Below are positions 30,936-39,651 of a DNA stretch of 64,000 bases, piece after piece. Position numbers and translations under genes: made by a program. The stretch covers positions 139,496 to 203,495 of the forward strand of contig OZ245798.1 of assembly GCA_965228135.1 (NCBI GenBank), given 5' to 3'. Source of the DNA: Tagaea sp. Lineage in GTDB: Bacteria; Pseudomonadota; Alphaproteobacteria; CACIAM-22H2. The notes below the pieces were generated by a model that made no database searches, was not told where the DNA came from, and worked only from the letters and a program-made list of their open reading frames with translations. Within the stretch, counting starts at the first letter, position 1. Each line of letters begins with the position of its first letter.

Positions 30936-32315
30936 ATGGCCCCCGAGGACACCGGCATTTCCCCCCGACGCCGGCTTCCGTCGGTGGACGAGGCGCTGAA
31001 AGCGCCCGAGGCGGCCACGGCACTCGCCAAGCACGGGCGCACGGCGCTGGTCGATGCGTTGCGCGCCGCCATCGCCGAATTCCGCGCGAAGGGTGCAGGC
31101 GCTTCGGCGGCCGAGGCCGCGACTGCCGCTTCGGCGCTGCTCGACAAAGCCGACCGGCCGCGTTTGCGCGCGGTCCATAACCTCACCGGCACGATCCTGC
31201 ACACCAATCTCGGCCGCGCGTTGCTGGCCGAAGCGGCGATCGAAGCGGCGGCGAACGCGATGCGCTCGGCCGTGGCGCTCGAATACGATCTTTCGACCGG
31301 CAAGCGCGGCGAGCGCGACGATATCGTGCGCGATCTCCTGTGCAAACTCACGGGGGCGGAAGACGCCACCGTCGTCAACAACAACGCCGCCGCCGTGTTG
31401 CTCTGCCTCAACGCCGTCGGTGCGGGCAAGGAGACGATCGTCTCGCGCGGCGAGTTGATCGAGATCGGCGGCGCCTTCCGCATGCCCGATATCATGGCGC
31501 GCGCGGGCACGACCTTGGTCGAAATCGGCACGACCAACCGCACGCATGCGAAGGATTACGCGGGCGCCATCGGCGAGCGCACGGCGCTGCTGATGAAGGT
31601 GCATACGTCGAATTACCGCATCCAAGGATTCGTCAAGGAAGTGCCCCCGCGCGAAGTGGCGGAGATCGCGCATGCGCGCGGTCTACCGATGCTCAACGAT
31701 TTGGGCTCCGGTACGCTGATCGATCTCGACGGCTATGGCCTCGCGCACGAGCCGACGGTGGCCGAGGCGGTCGCGGAAGGGGCGGATCTCGTCACCTTCT
31801 CCGGCGACAAATTGCTCGGCGGGCCGCAGACCGGCTTCATCGTCGGGACCAAGGCGCTGCTCGAGAAGATCAATCGCAACCCGATGAAGCGCGCCTTGCG
31901 CGTCGATAAAATGCGTCTCGCGGCGCTGGAAGCGACGCTGCGGCTTTATCTCAATCCCGAGAAACTCGCCGAACGCCTGCCGACATTGCGCTTGATCGCA
32001 CGGCCGGTGGCGGAGATCGCGGCCGTTGCCGCGCGCATCGCTGGGCCGATCGGCAATGTGCTGGGACCGCGCTTCGCCGTCTCGGTCATCGAATGCGAAA
32101 GCCAGGTCGGCTCGGGCGCCATGCCGCTCTCGGTGCTGAAAAGCGCGGGGCTCGCGATCAAGGGCCGTCCGCTCGATGCGCTCGCCACGGCCTTGCGCGA
32201 ATTGCCGGTCCCCGTGATCGGCCGATTGGAAGACGGCGCGCTGGTGCTCGATTGCCGGTGCCTGGAGGACGAGCCCGCGTTCCTCGCCAATTTCGCGAAG
32301 CTCGCTTTGCCATGA
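30936..32315 (+). CDS. selA: L-seryl-tRNA(Sec) selenium transferase
   Basis: NLTGTILHTNLGRA, VNNNAAA, EIGGAFR and FSGDKLLGGPQ (PLP lysine). Confidence 0.96.
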   Translation: MAPEDTGISPRRRLPSVDEALKAPEAATALAKHGRTALVDALRAAIAEFRAKGAGASAAEAATAASALLDKADRPRLRAVHNLTGTILHTNLGRALLAEAAIEAAANAMRSAVALEYDLSTGKRGERDDIVRDLLCKLTGAEDATVVNNNAAAVLLCLNAVGAGKETIVSRGELIEIGGAFRMPDIMARAGTTLVEIGTTNRTHAKDYAGAIGERTALLMKVHTSNYRIQGFVKEVPPREVAEIAHARGLPMLNDLGSGTLIDLDGYGLAHEPTVAEAVAEGADLVTFSGDKLLGGPQTGFIVGTKALLEKINRNPMKRALRVDKMRLAALEATLRLYLNPEKLAERLPTLRLIARPVAEIAAVAARIAGPIGNVLGPRFAVSVIECESQVGSGAMPLSVLKSAGLAIKGRPLDALATALRELPVPVIGRLEDGALVLDCRCLEDEPAFLANFAKLALP

Positions 32316-33016
32316 GTGCCGCAATCGACATTCAGGCGGAGATGGCGCGCGCGCGCGACGCCGCCGACCGCGAGGATTATCAGGCCGCGCTCGCGATCTG
32401 GGGGCCGCTCGCGCATGCCGGTGTGGCGCGCGCCCAGAACAATATCGGCGCTTGTTTCGCCGAAGGTATGGGCGTCGAGCGCGACGGCGATCTCGCGCGC
32501 AAATGGCTGGAACTCTCGGCGGCGGCCGGCGATCCGATCGGCCAGCGCAATCTCGCGACGCTGCTGTTCCGGGGCGAGCTCGTGCCCATCGACGTGGCGC
32601 AGGCCGCCGATCTCTACCGCAAATCGGCCGAGGCGGGCGATGCGCTCGCCCAGGACATGCTGTCCTGGCTGCTGCTCGAAGGCGAAGATCTGCCGACCGA
32701 TCCGGCCGAAGCCTTGCGCTGGGCGAAGAAAGCGGCCGAGCAGGGCGTTGCCTCGGCGATGACGCGCATCGGCATGATCCATCATAATGCCTTGGGGGTT
32801 CCGCGCGATCCGCGCGAAGCGGCGCATTGGTGGCGCGAAGCCGCTTTGCGCAACGATGCCGACGGGCAGGCGATGTACGGCGCCGCACTTCATCTTGGCG
32901 CGGGCGTCCAGCGCGATCCCGCCGAAGCTTTGGCGTGGCTCACGCGCGCCGCCGCCAATGGCAGCAAGCTCGCCGAGCCGTTCCTGCCGGCCGCGCAAGC
33001 GGCGGTGACGCCATGA
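32312..33016 (+). CDS. Sel1-like repeat (SLR/TPR) protein
   Basis: About five repeats of AQxxLG...GxGVxRD...A..W...AA; overlaps the selA stop and the selB start. Confidence 0.88.
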   Translation: MSAAIDIQAEMARARDAADREDYQAALAIWGPLAHAGVARAQNNIGACFAEGMGVERDGDLARKWLELSAAAGDPIGQRNLATLLFRGELVPIDVAQAADLYRKSAEAGDALAQDMLSWLLLEGEDLPTDPAEALRWAKKAAEQGVASAMTRIGMIHHNALGVPRDPREAAHWWREAALRNDADGQAMYGAALHLGAGVQRDPAEALAWLTRAAANGSKLAEPFLPAAQAAVTP

Positions 33017-35091
33017 TCGTCGGCACCGCCGGGCATATCGATCACGGAAAAACCTCGCTGGTGCGTACGCTCACCGGTGTCGATACCGACCGTCTCAAGG
33101 AAGAAAAGACGCGCGGCATTTCGATCGAGCTCGGCTTCGCCTATTTGCCCGCACCCGACGGGCAAATCGTCGGCTTCGTCGACGTGCCCGGCCACGAGAA
33201 GCTCGTCCATACGATGCTGGCGGGGGCGAGCGGCATCGATTTCGTCGTGCTGGTTATCGCGGCCGATGACGGCATCATGCCGCAAACGCGCGAACATCTC
33301 GCCATCGTCGAGTTGCTCGGTATCAAGCGCGGTCTGGTCGCGTTGACCAAGATCGACGCTGTCGCCGAGGATCGTGTGGCCGAGGTCACGCGCGAGATCG
33401 AGAATGCGCTGGCCGATACGTTGCTCGCGGGGGCGCCGATTTATCCCGTGTCGTCGATCACCGGGCAGGGGATCGATGAATTGAAGGCGGCGCTGTTCGC
33501 GGCGTCGGCCGCGGTCCCGCGCCGGCCCGATGACGGGCGATTCCGCTTGGCGGTCGATCGTTGCTTCGCGCTGGCGGGTGCTGGCACGGTCGTGACCGGC
33601 ACGGTCCTATCGGGGCGCGTCAAAATCGGCGACGCGGTCGTCGTTAGCCCCTCGGGGCTGTCCGCGCGCGTGCGCTCGATCCATGCCCAGAACCGCGCAG
33701 CGGAGGAAGGCCGTGCGGGCGATCGCTGCGCGCTCGGTCTGACGGGCGCCGATATTTCCAAAGACGCGATATCGCGGGGCGATGTGGTGCTCGACGGCGT
33801 GTTGCATGCGCCGACCGAGCGCATCGACGCCGAATTGACCGTGATGCGCGGCGAGCCCAAACCCGTCGGCCAATGGATGCCGGTGCGCCTGCATCACGCC
33901 TCGGTCTCGGTGCCCGCGCGCATCGTGCTGCTCGACGACGACGACGTGGCGCCGGGCAAGACGGCGCATGTGCAGATCGTGCTCGAAGCGAAGATCGCCG
34001 CCGCCGTGGGCGATCGGTTCGTCATCCGCGACGTGTCGGCGCAGCGCACGATCGGCGGCGGGCGCTTCCTCGATCTGCGCGCCCCGGCCCGCAAGCGCCG
34101 CACGCCCGAACGCCGCGCGCAGCTCGACGCGTTGTCGCTCGCCGATCCCGACAAGGCGCTCGCGGCCCTGCTGGAATTGCCGCCGTTCAACGTCGATTTC
34201 ATCGCTTTCGCGCGCGACCGCGTTCTCGCGGCCGACCATGCCGACGCGATCGTCCGGAACCTGGGCGTCGTCCGCTTCGCGGCGTCGGGCGGCGAGATCG
34301 CGATCTCCGCACCGAATTGGACCAAGCTGCGCGAGGATATCCGCCGCGCGCTCGAGACCTATCACAAGGACAATCCCGATCTACCGGGGATCGGGCTCGA
34401 ACGTCTGCGCTTGCAGATGGAGATCAAACTCGCCGCTCCCTTCTTCCTGACGGCTTTGCGCGCGATGGCGAAGGCGGGCGAGATTTCGCTCGATGGCGCT
34501 TGGGTGCGCTTGGCGACCCATGAAGGCAAGCTGACCGCGAGCGACGAAAAGCTTTGGGCATTGATGGCGCCCTTGCTCACCGGCACGGAGCGTTTCCGCC
34601 CGCCGCGTGTGCGCGACATCGCCGGGCTGTTGATCGTCCAGGAAACCGAAGTGCGCCGTTTGCTGAAATTGCTCGGCCGCATGGGCAAAGTCGACGAGGT
34701 CGCGCACGACCATTTCTTCCCGCGCGAGACCGTGGCGGAGATGGTCGATATCTGCGTCGATATCGCGGCCAAGGCCAAGGACGCGAATTTCACCGCCGCG
34801 CAATTGCGCGACCGGCTCGACAACGGCCGCAAGGTCGCGATTCAGATCCTCGAATTCTTCGACCGGCACGGCGTTACCCTGCGCAAGGGCGATTTGCGCC
34901 GTCCCAACCCGCATCGGCTTGATCTGTTCCGCAAGCTGGGGCAAGAAGAAGGCAAGTCCAACGTGCTTAAAATCGGAAGAGACTCGTCCCCGGTGGGGCG
35001 TCCGGGCTTCAAACCCGGGTGGGGCCGCGAGCCGGTCCTAGGTGGGTTCGACTCCCATTCTCTTCCGCCAACTTCCCGGGGTGCTCGATGA
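33013..35091 (+). CDS. selB: Selenocysteine-specific elongation factor SelB, with a C-terminal extension read through tRNA-Sec
   Basis: GTAGHIDHGKT, DVPGHE and TKID motifs; winged-helix GRKVAIQILEFFDR; frame stays open through the tRNA to TGA 35089-35091. Confidence 0.95.
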   Translation: MIVGTAGHIDHGKTSLVRTLTGVDTDRLKEEKTRGISIELGFAYLPAPDGQIVGFVDVPGHEKLVHTMLAGASGIDFVVLVIAADDGIMPQTREHLAIVELLGIKRGLVALTKIDAVAEDRVAEVTREIENALADTLLAGAPIYPVSSITGQGIDELKAALFAASAAVPRRPDDGRFRLAVDRCFALAGAGTVVTGTVLSGRVKIGDAVVVSPSGLSARVRSIHAQNRAAEEGRAGDRCALGLTGADISKDAISRGDVVLDGVLHAPTERIDAELTVMRGEPKPVGQWMPVRLHHASVSVPARIVLLDDDDVAPGKTAHVQIVLEAKIAAAVGDRFVIRDVSAQRTIGGGRFLDLRAPARKRRTPERRAQLDALSLADPDKALAALLELPPFNVDFIAFARDRVLAADHADAIVRNLGVVRFAASGGEIAISAPNWTKLREDIRRALETYHKDNPDLPGIGLERLRLQMEIKLAAPFFLTALRAMAKAGEISLDGAWVRLATHEGKLTASDEKLWALMAPLLTGTERFRPPRVRDIAGLLIVQETEVRRLLKLLGRMGKVDEVAHDHFFPRETVAEMVDICVDIAAKAKDANFTAAQLRDRLDNGRKVAIQILEFFDRHGVTLRKGDLRRPNPHRLDLFRKLGQEEGKSNVLKIGRDSSPVGRPGFKPGWGREPVLGGFDSHSLPPTSRGAR
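34975..35070 (+). tRNA. selC: tRNA-Sec (anticodon UCA), nested in the selB CDS
   Basis: 8-bp acceptor stem GGAAGAGA/TCTCTTCC; 6-bp D stem; anticodon loop CTTCAAA (TCA at 35009-35011); long variable arm; T loop TTCGACT; GCCA end. Confidence 0.95.
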
Positions 35092-35516
35092 GCGCGTATC
35101 TCCCCGCTTTGCGACAAGCGGCCGAAGCGGCGTCGAAAGCCGAAGACGCCTATCGGCGCGAAGCGGCGGCGAAGATCGCCGCCCTCGAAACCGCGCGCAG
35201 CCACGCGTTCCGCCGCCTCAATCTGATGACCCGCATCACCGATGTGGTTCGCGCGGTCGAACGCGACGATCAGGCGGGCGAGAGCGCGCGCCTGTCGCTC
35301 GCCGATCGCTTGGATTGGGCGCCGAACGCGACCGGCGGGCGCAAGGAAGCGCTCGACGCTTTCGTGCCGGTCGCGCAAGCTTTGCGCGTGGACGACGACG
35401 ACGCGACCCAAGCCGAACTCGCCAAGTTCGAGGCGTGGTACGAAACGCGCTTCGGCTCGTCGTTCTGGGAATTATTCGCGAACAACATGCCGGAGACGCC
35501 GCGTGTCGACTACTAA
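35088..35516 (+). CDS. Hypothetical helical protein (sel operon)
   Basis: ATG overlaps the selB TGA; protein-like composition; ends FWELFANNMPETPRVDY. Confidence 0.75.
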   Translation: MSAYLPALRQAAEAASKAEDAYRREAAAKIAALETARSHAFRRLNLMTRITDVVRAVERDDQAGESARLSLADRLDWAPNATGGRKEALDAFVPVAQALRVDDDDATQAELAKFEAWYETRFGSSFWELFANNMPETPRVDY

Positions 35517-35895
35517 GGCGAAATCCAAGGCCAACGATTTCGAAGCCTGGATCAAGCGGGAGTTCGCCGAAACGGGCGAGTTCACCGCGCTGATCGTGCT
35601 GGTCGATATCGACGCCAAGGCGGTGACGCCGTTGTGCTCGACCTATTTCAACGTCATCGGCGACGAGATCGAGTGGAACGATATCGTCGTGATGTTCGCC
35701 GGTGCGGGGGCCGATTGGACCGGTGCTTCGTTCTTCCCCGTGACCGCGCGCGACGACGGCGGCTGTCTCGACAATCCGACCGCGCGCTTGCAGCTGCGCG
35801 CACTCGAGATGCGCGTCGACGAGGATCGCCTCGTGCTCAACGAAGGCAATTTCTTCGACAAATGGGGACGGCGCCTCAAGATCGAGGAAGAATGA
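35503..35895 (+). CDS. Hypothetical protein (sel operon)
   Basis: GTG start with GGAG upstream; overlaps both neighbours; alpha/beta pattern. Confidence 0.75.
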   Translation: MSTTKAKSKANDFEAWIKREFAETGEFTALIVLVDIDAKAVTPLCSTYFNVIGDEIEWNDIVVMFAGAGADWTGASFFPVTARDDGGCLDNPTARLQLRALEMRVDEDRLVLNEGNFFDKWGRRLKIEEE

Positions 35896-36602
35896 TGCGC
35901 GCGCGTTTGCGCATCGTCGATACCGGTGTGCGCGTATCGCGCTGGAATGTCGCGGCGAGCGCGGCCCTCGCCGAATACGGCGGCGAAGGGTTGCTGCGCT
36001 TCCATCGTTATGTGCCCTGCGTGCTGCTCGGCAACGGTCAGAAATTCGCCGAGGCGGCGCGCAAGGGCCCGTGGGAAATCGCGCGCCGTGTGACCGGCGG
36101 CGGGGCGGTCTATATGGACCCCGGCATCTTCGCCTGGGATCTGTTTGTCGACGGCCGCGATCCGAAAGCCTTCGCCGCGACCGTCGGCACCGCCATCGCC
36201 GCCGCCGTGACGCGACTGGGCGCACCCGCCGCGTATGTTCCGCCGCATGACGTGCGCGTGGGCGGGGAGAAGATCTCCGGCTCCAGCGGTCTTGTTTCCG
36301 GTTCGCGTTTGATGCTGCAAGGCACGCTGGTCGCCACGCTCGATCGCGAAGCCTTCGCCAAAAGCCTGGTGATGCCCGGTCCGGTGCGCGTGGCGTCGCT
36401 GTCCGAATTCCTGACGCCCTTGCCGCCGATGGACGCGATCATGGAAGCGGTCGCCGACGCGCTGTGCGCAAGCTTGGACAGGACGGCAGAACCCGGCGAT
36501 CTGACCGACGCCGAGAACGCGGCGATCGACGCGGCGTATCGCGGCGAGATCGGTACGGATGCATTCGTCTACGGCACGGAGGCGCCATGCGCCGCCTCCT
36601 GA
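35892..36602 (+). CDS. Lipoate-protein ligase family, catalytic domain only (LplA/LipM-like)
   Basis: RRVTGGGAVYMD and KISG motifs; about 236 aa; no C-terminal accessory domain. Confidence 0.85.
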   Translation: MMRARLRIVDTGVRVSRWNVAASAALAEYGGEGLLRFHRYVPCVLLGNGQKFAEAARKGPWEIARRVTGGGAVYMDPGIFAWDLFVDGRDPKAFAATVGTAIAAAVTRLGAPAAYVPPHDVRVGGEKISGSSGLVSGSRLMLQGTLVATLDREAFAKSLVMPGPVRVASLSEFLTPLPPMDAIMEAVADALCASLDRTAEPGDLTDAENAAIDAAYRGEIGTDAFVYGTEAPCAAS

Positions 36603-36961
36603 TCGTGTTGATGAACACCGATCCGCGCAACCCGGAAGAACTCGGCGCGCCATTCTATCACGCGTCCGTCGCCGCCGCGATGGACTACCCTGTCGATGTC
36701 GTGTGCACGGCGACCGCGGGCAAGCTGCTGTTGAAGGGGGTGGCCGAGAAACTGCGCACGCGCCCCGACAGCCCGCGCAGCGTGCTCGATTGGATCCGCG
36801 AGGCGCATGGCCACGGCGTGAAATTCTGGGCGTGCCCGGCCAATCTGGAACTATTCGGCGTCACCAAGGACGATCTGATCCCCGAATGCGAAGGCTTGAT
36901 GGGGGCCGCCGCCATGATCGAGCAGATCATGGAAGGCGACGGACGCGTATTGACGTATTAG
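36587..36961 (+). CDS. DsrE family sulfur-carrier protein
   Basis: GAPFYHASVAAAMD and GVKFWAC (conserved Cys); GGAGG RBS. Confidence 0.82.
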   Translation: MRRLLIVLMNTDPRNPEELGAPFYHASVAAAMDYPVDVVCTATAGKLLLKGVAEKLRTRPDSPRSVLDWIREAHGHGVKFWACPANLELFGVTKDDLIPECEGLMGAAAMIEQIMEGDGRVLTY

Positions 36962-36970
36962 GATCGCGCC

Positions 36971-37414
36971 ATGGCGACGATCGACGGCATCGAGTATCCC
37001 GAACATCTCCATTACGACGTCGATAACCAGATCTGGTACGAGGATCTGGGCGACGGCAATTTGCGCGCCGGGTTCACGCCGATTTCGATTTCGCTGGCCG
37101 GCGATGTGCTGGTCTTCACGCCCAAGCGCGTGGGCCGCGATTTCGAGAAGAACCGATCCTTCGCCACGATCGAATGCGGCAAATGGGTGGGGGCGGCGCG
37201 CGCGGCGTTTCCCGGCATCGTCGTCGCAGCCAATCCGGAACTCGACAATCGGCCCAAGTTCCTCAATCTCGACGCGTTCGGCAAAGGCTGGATGCTGATC
37301 GTCCGCCCGTCGATCCGGAATTGGCGGGACGGCCTCGTCACCGGTGCTGCGGTGCAGACCGCGTTCAAGGATTGGATCGACGCCGAAAGCTATAAGGATC
37401 GGACCGAGGGATGA
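36971..37414 (+). CDS. GcvH/LbpA-like lipoyl-carrier protein
   Basis: YPEHLHY...W, ATIECGKWVG (lipoyl-Lys71) and N..L...P..LN.D.FG.GW segments. Confidence 0.85.
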   Translation: MATIDGIEYPEHLHYDVDNQIWYEDLGDGNLRAGFTPISISLAGDVLVFTPKRVGRDFEKNRSFATIECGKWVGAARAAFPGIVVAANPELDNRPKFLNLDAFGKGWMLIVRPSIRNWRDGLVTGAAVQTAFKDWIDAESYKDRTEG

Positions 37415-39633
37415 TGGCGGGCCCCGACATCATCCGGCACGACATCGTCCTGATCGGCGGCGGCCACGCGCATGTCCAGGTCATGACCGCCTTCGGCATG
37501 GACCGGCCGGCGGGCGTGCGCTTGACGCTCGTCACCGATCGCTTGCTAACGCCCTATTCGGGCATGCTGCCCGGCCATATCGCGGGCACGTACTCGCATG
37601 ACGATGTGCATATCGATCTGTGGCGCCTCGCGCGCGCCACGGGCACACGGCTGATTCACGCGCCGGCGAGCGGGATCGATCTCGCCGAGAAGCGCGTCGT
37701 CTTCGCCGATCGCCCGACGCTGAGTTTCGACACGTTGTCGATCGATGTCGGCATCACCCCCGATGTCTCGGCCATCGCAGGGGCCGCCGAACAAGCGCTG
37801 CTGGTCAAGCCGATCTCGAATTTCCTCGAGAAATTCGAAGCGGCGCTGCGCGGAAATCCGCGCCCCAAGCGCTTCGCGATCGTCGGCGGCGGGGCGGCGG
37901 GGTTCGAGCTTGCCTGCGCCTTGAAGGCAAGGCTCGTGCGCGAAGGAATCCCGGACGCGCGAGTGGCGCTGCTCAGCGGTGCCAAGCTAATGCCCACGCT
38001 CAACACCGGCGTGCGTTTGCTGGCGCGGTTGGCGCTACGCCGCCAGGGGATCGAATTCCATGGCGGCTTCCGCGCCGTCGAGGTGACGGCGAAAGGCGTG
38101 CGTGCCGCAGACGGGCGCTTCCACGAAGCGGATTTGGCGCTCGTTTCGACCGCCGCACGCGCACCCGCTTGGCTCGCCAAGACGGGGCTGAAACTGACGC
38201 CGGACGGATCGCTCGCCATCGGCCCGACCTTGCAGGTCGAAGGCCGCGAGGATGTCTTCGCGGTCGGCGATTGCGCCACACGAGTCGACGACCCGCGCGA
38301 GAAGGCGGGCGTGTTCGCGGTGCGCCAAGGCCCGATCCTGGCGAAGAATCTCCGCGCGCGTGCGACCGGCGAAAATCTGGAAGCGCATAAGGCGCAAAAG
38401 GATTTCCTCGTCCTGCTCAACACCGGCGACGGCACGGCGATCGCCGGGCGCGGGGCGTATTTCGCCTGGGCGGGCGCGAAGCTGTGGCGTTGGAAAGATT
38501 CCATCGACCGGCGCTTCATGGCGATGTTCGCCGAGTTCGGCCGCGAGATGGCGCGGCCCGCGACGGCCGAAGAAATCGCGTCGGGCATCGCCATGCGCTG
38601 TGCGGGCTGTGCGGCCAAGATCGGCCCCGATCCGCTATCGCGCGCCTTGTCGCGTTTGCCCGCAGCGCCGGCTCCGCGCGACAAAATTTTGATCGGGCTG
38701 GGCGACGACGCGGCGGTGACAGAGATCGCGCCAGGAATCGCGCAGATCGAAACCATCGATCAGATCTCGGCGATGATCGCCGATCCCTATGTATTCGGCG
38801 AGATCGCGGCCCTCCACGCGATCAACGACGTATTGGCGATGGGCGGCGACCCGACACGCGCTTTGGCGCTGGCGACCGTGCCGCGCGGGCATCCCCGCGC
38901 CGTTGAATCCGACCTGGTCGCGTTGCTGGCGGGTGCGCGTCAAACCCTCGACGCGCAGCGCATCGCGCTGATCGGCGGCCATTCGGGCGAAGGCGAAGGG
39001 CTCGCTTTCGGCCTGTCGGTCGCCGGCCGCGTAGCGCCCGAAGCGCTCAAACCCAAGACCGGGCTTGTCGCGGGCGATGTATTGATCCTGACCAAGCCGC
39101 TTGGTGTCGGTCTTATCATGGCGGCGGATATGCGCGGCGCCGTGCATGCGAATGTCGCGACGGCCGCGATCGACGCGATGCGCCGATCCAACGCCGCGGC
39201 GTTGCCGATCCTGGGCGCGCAAGCAAATGCCATGACCGACGTGACCGGCTTCGGTCTCGCCGGGCATTTGATGGAAATGCTGCGGCCCGGCCGCTTGGAA
39301 GTGCATCTCGATCTGGGGGCGATCCCGTTGCTGCAAGGCGCCCTCGATCTCGCCAAAGCGGGCTATCGCTCGACATTGACGGCGCAAAACGCCGTGCAGG
39401 GCGGCATGCTCCGCCGCGAAGAAAACGGCGCCTTGCCCGATGCGATCGAGGAAGCCCTGTTGTTCGATCCGCAAACCTCGGGCGGATTGCTCGCCGCGGT
39501 GCCCGAAGCCATGGCCACGCAAACGCTCGCGGCGTTGCACGCCGCCGGTTACGCGCAGGCCGCGATCATCGGGCGGGTTTCGCCACGCGATACGCTCGAC
39601 GTCGCGATCTTCTGCCGCGGCGGCTTCGATTGA
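37411..39633 (+). CDS. selD: Selenophosphate synthetase with N-terminal FAD/NAD(P)-dependent oxidoreductase domain
   Basis: GGGHAH, YSGMLPG, GGGAAG and KAGVFAVR in the N-domain; MRCAGCAAK, DDAA, GGHS, TDVTGFGL and DPQTSGGLL in the SelD domain. Confidence 0.93.
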   Translation: MMAGPDIIRHDIVLIGGGHAHVQVMTAFGMDRPAGVRLTLVTDRLLTPYSGMLPGHIAGTYSHDDVHIDLWRLARATGTRLIHAPASGIDLAEKRVVFADRPTLSFDTLSIDVGITPDVSAIAGAAEQALLVKPISNFLEKFEAALRGNPRPKRFAIVGGGAAGFELACALKARLVREGIPDARVALLSGAKLMPTLNTGVRLLARLALRRQGIEFHGGFRAVEVTAKGVRAADGRFHEADLALVSTAARAPAWLAKTGLKLTPDGSLAIGPTLQVEGREDVFAVGDCATRVDDPREKAGVFAVRQGPILAKNLRARATGENLEAHKAQKDFLVLLNTGDGTAIAGRGAYFAWAGAKLWRWKDSIDRRFMAMFAEFGREMARPATAEEIASGIAMRCAGCAAKIGPDPLSRALSRLPAAPAPRDKILIGLGDDAAVTEIAPGIAQIETIDQISAMIADPYVFGEIAALHAINDVLAMGGDPTRALALATVPRGHPRAVESDLVALLAGARQTLDAQRIALIGGHSGEGEGLAFGLSVAGRVAPEALKPKTGLVAGDVLILTKPLGVGLIMAADMRGAVHANVATAAIDAMRRSNAAALPILGAQANAMTDVTGFGLAGHLMEMLRPGRLEVHLDLGAIPLLQGALDLAKAGYRSTLTAQNAVQGGMLRREENGALPDAIEEALLFDPQTSGGLLAAVPEAMATQTLAALHAAGYAQAAIIGRVSPRDTLDVAIFCRGGFD

Positions 39634-39651
39634 ACCGCCGCGGCGGGATCG

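Noticed and set aside
35893-37414. Additional Sec (UGA) readthrough in the sel-operon small genes
   Set aside because: Their TGA stops overlap the next gene's start or coding region. For the one I translated (35893-35895) the readthrough is not protein-like, and no SECIS-like hairpin was evident.
36971-37414. Canonical glycine cleavage gcvH
   Set aside because: No gcvT or gcvP nearby, and the GKWVG motif is LbpA-like rather than ESVKA.
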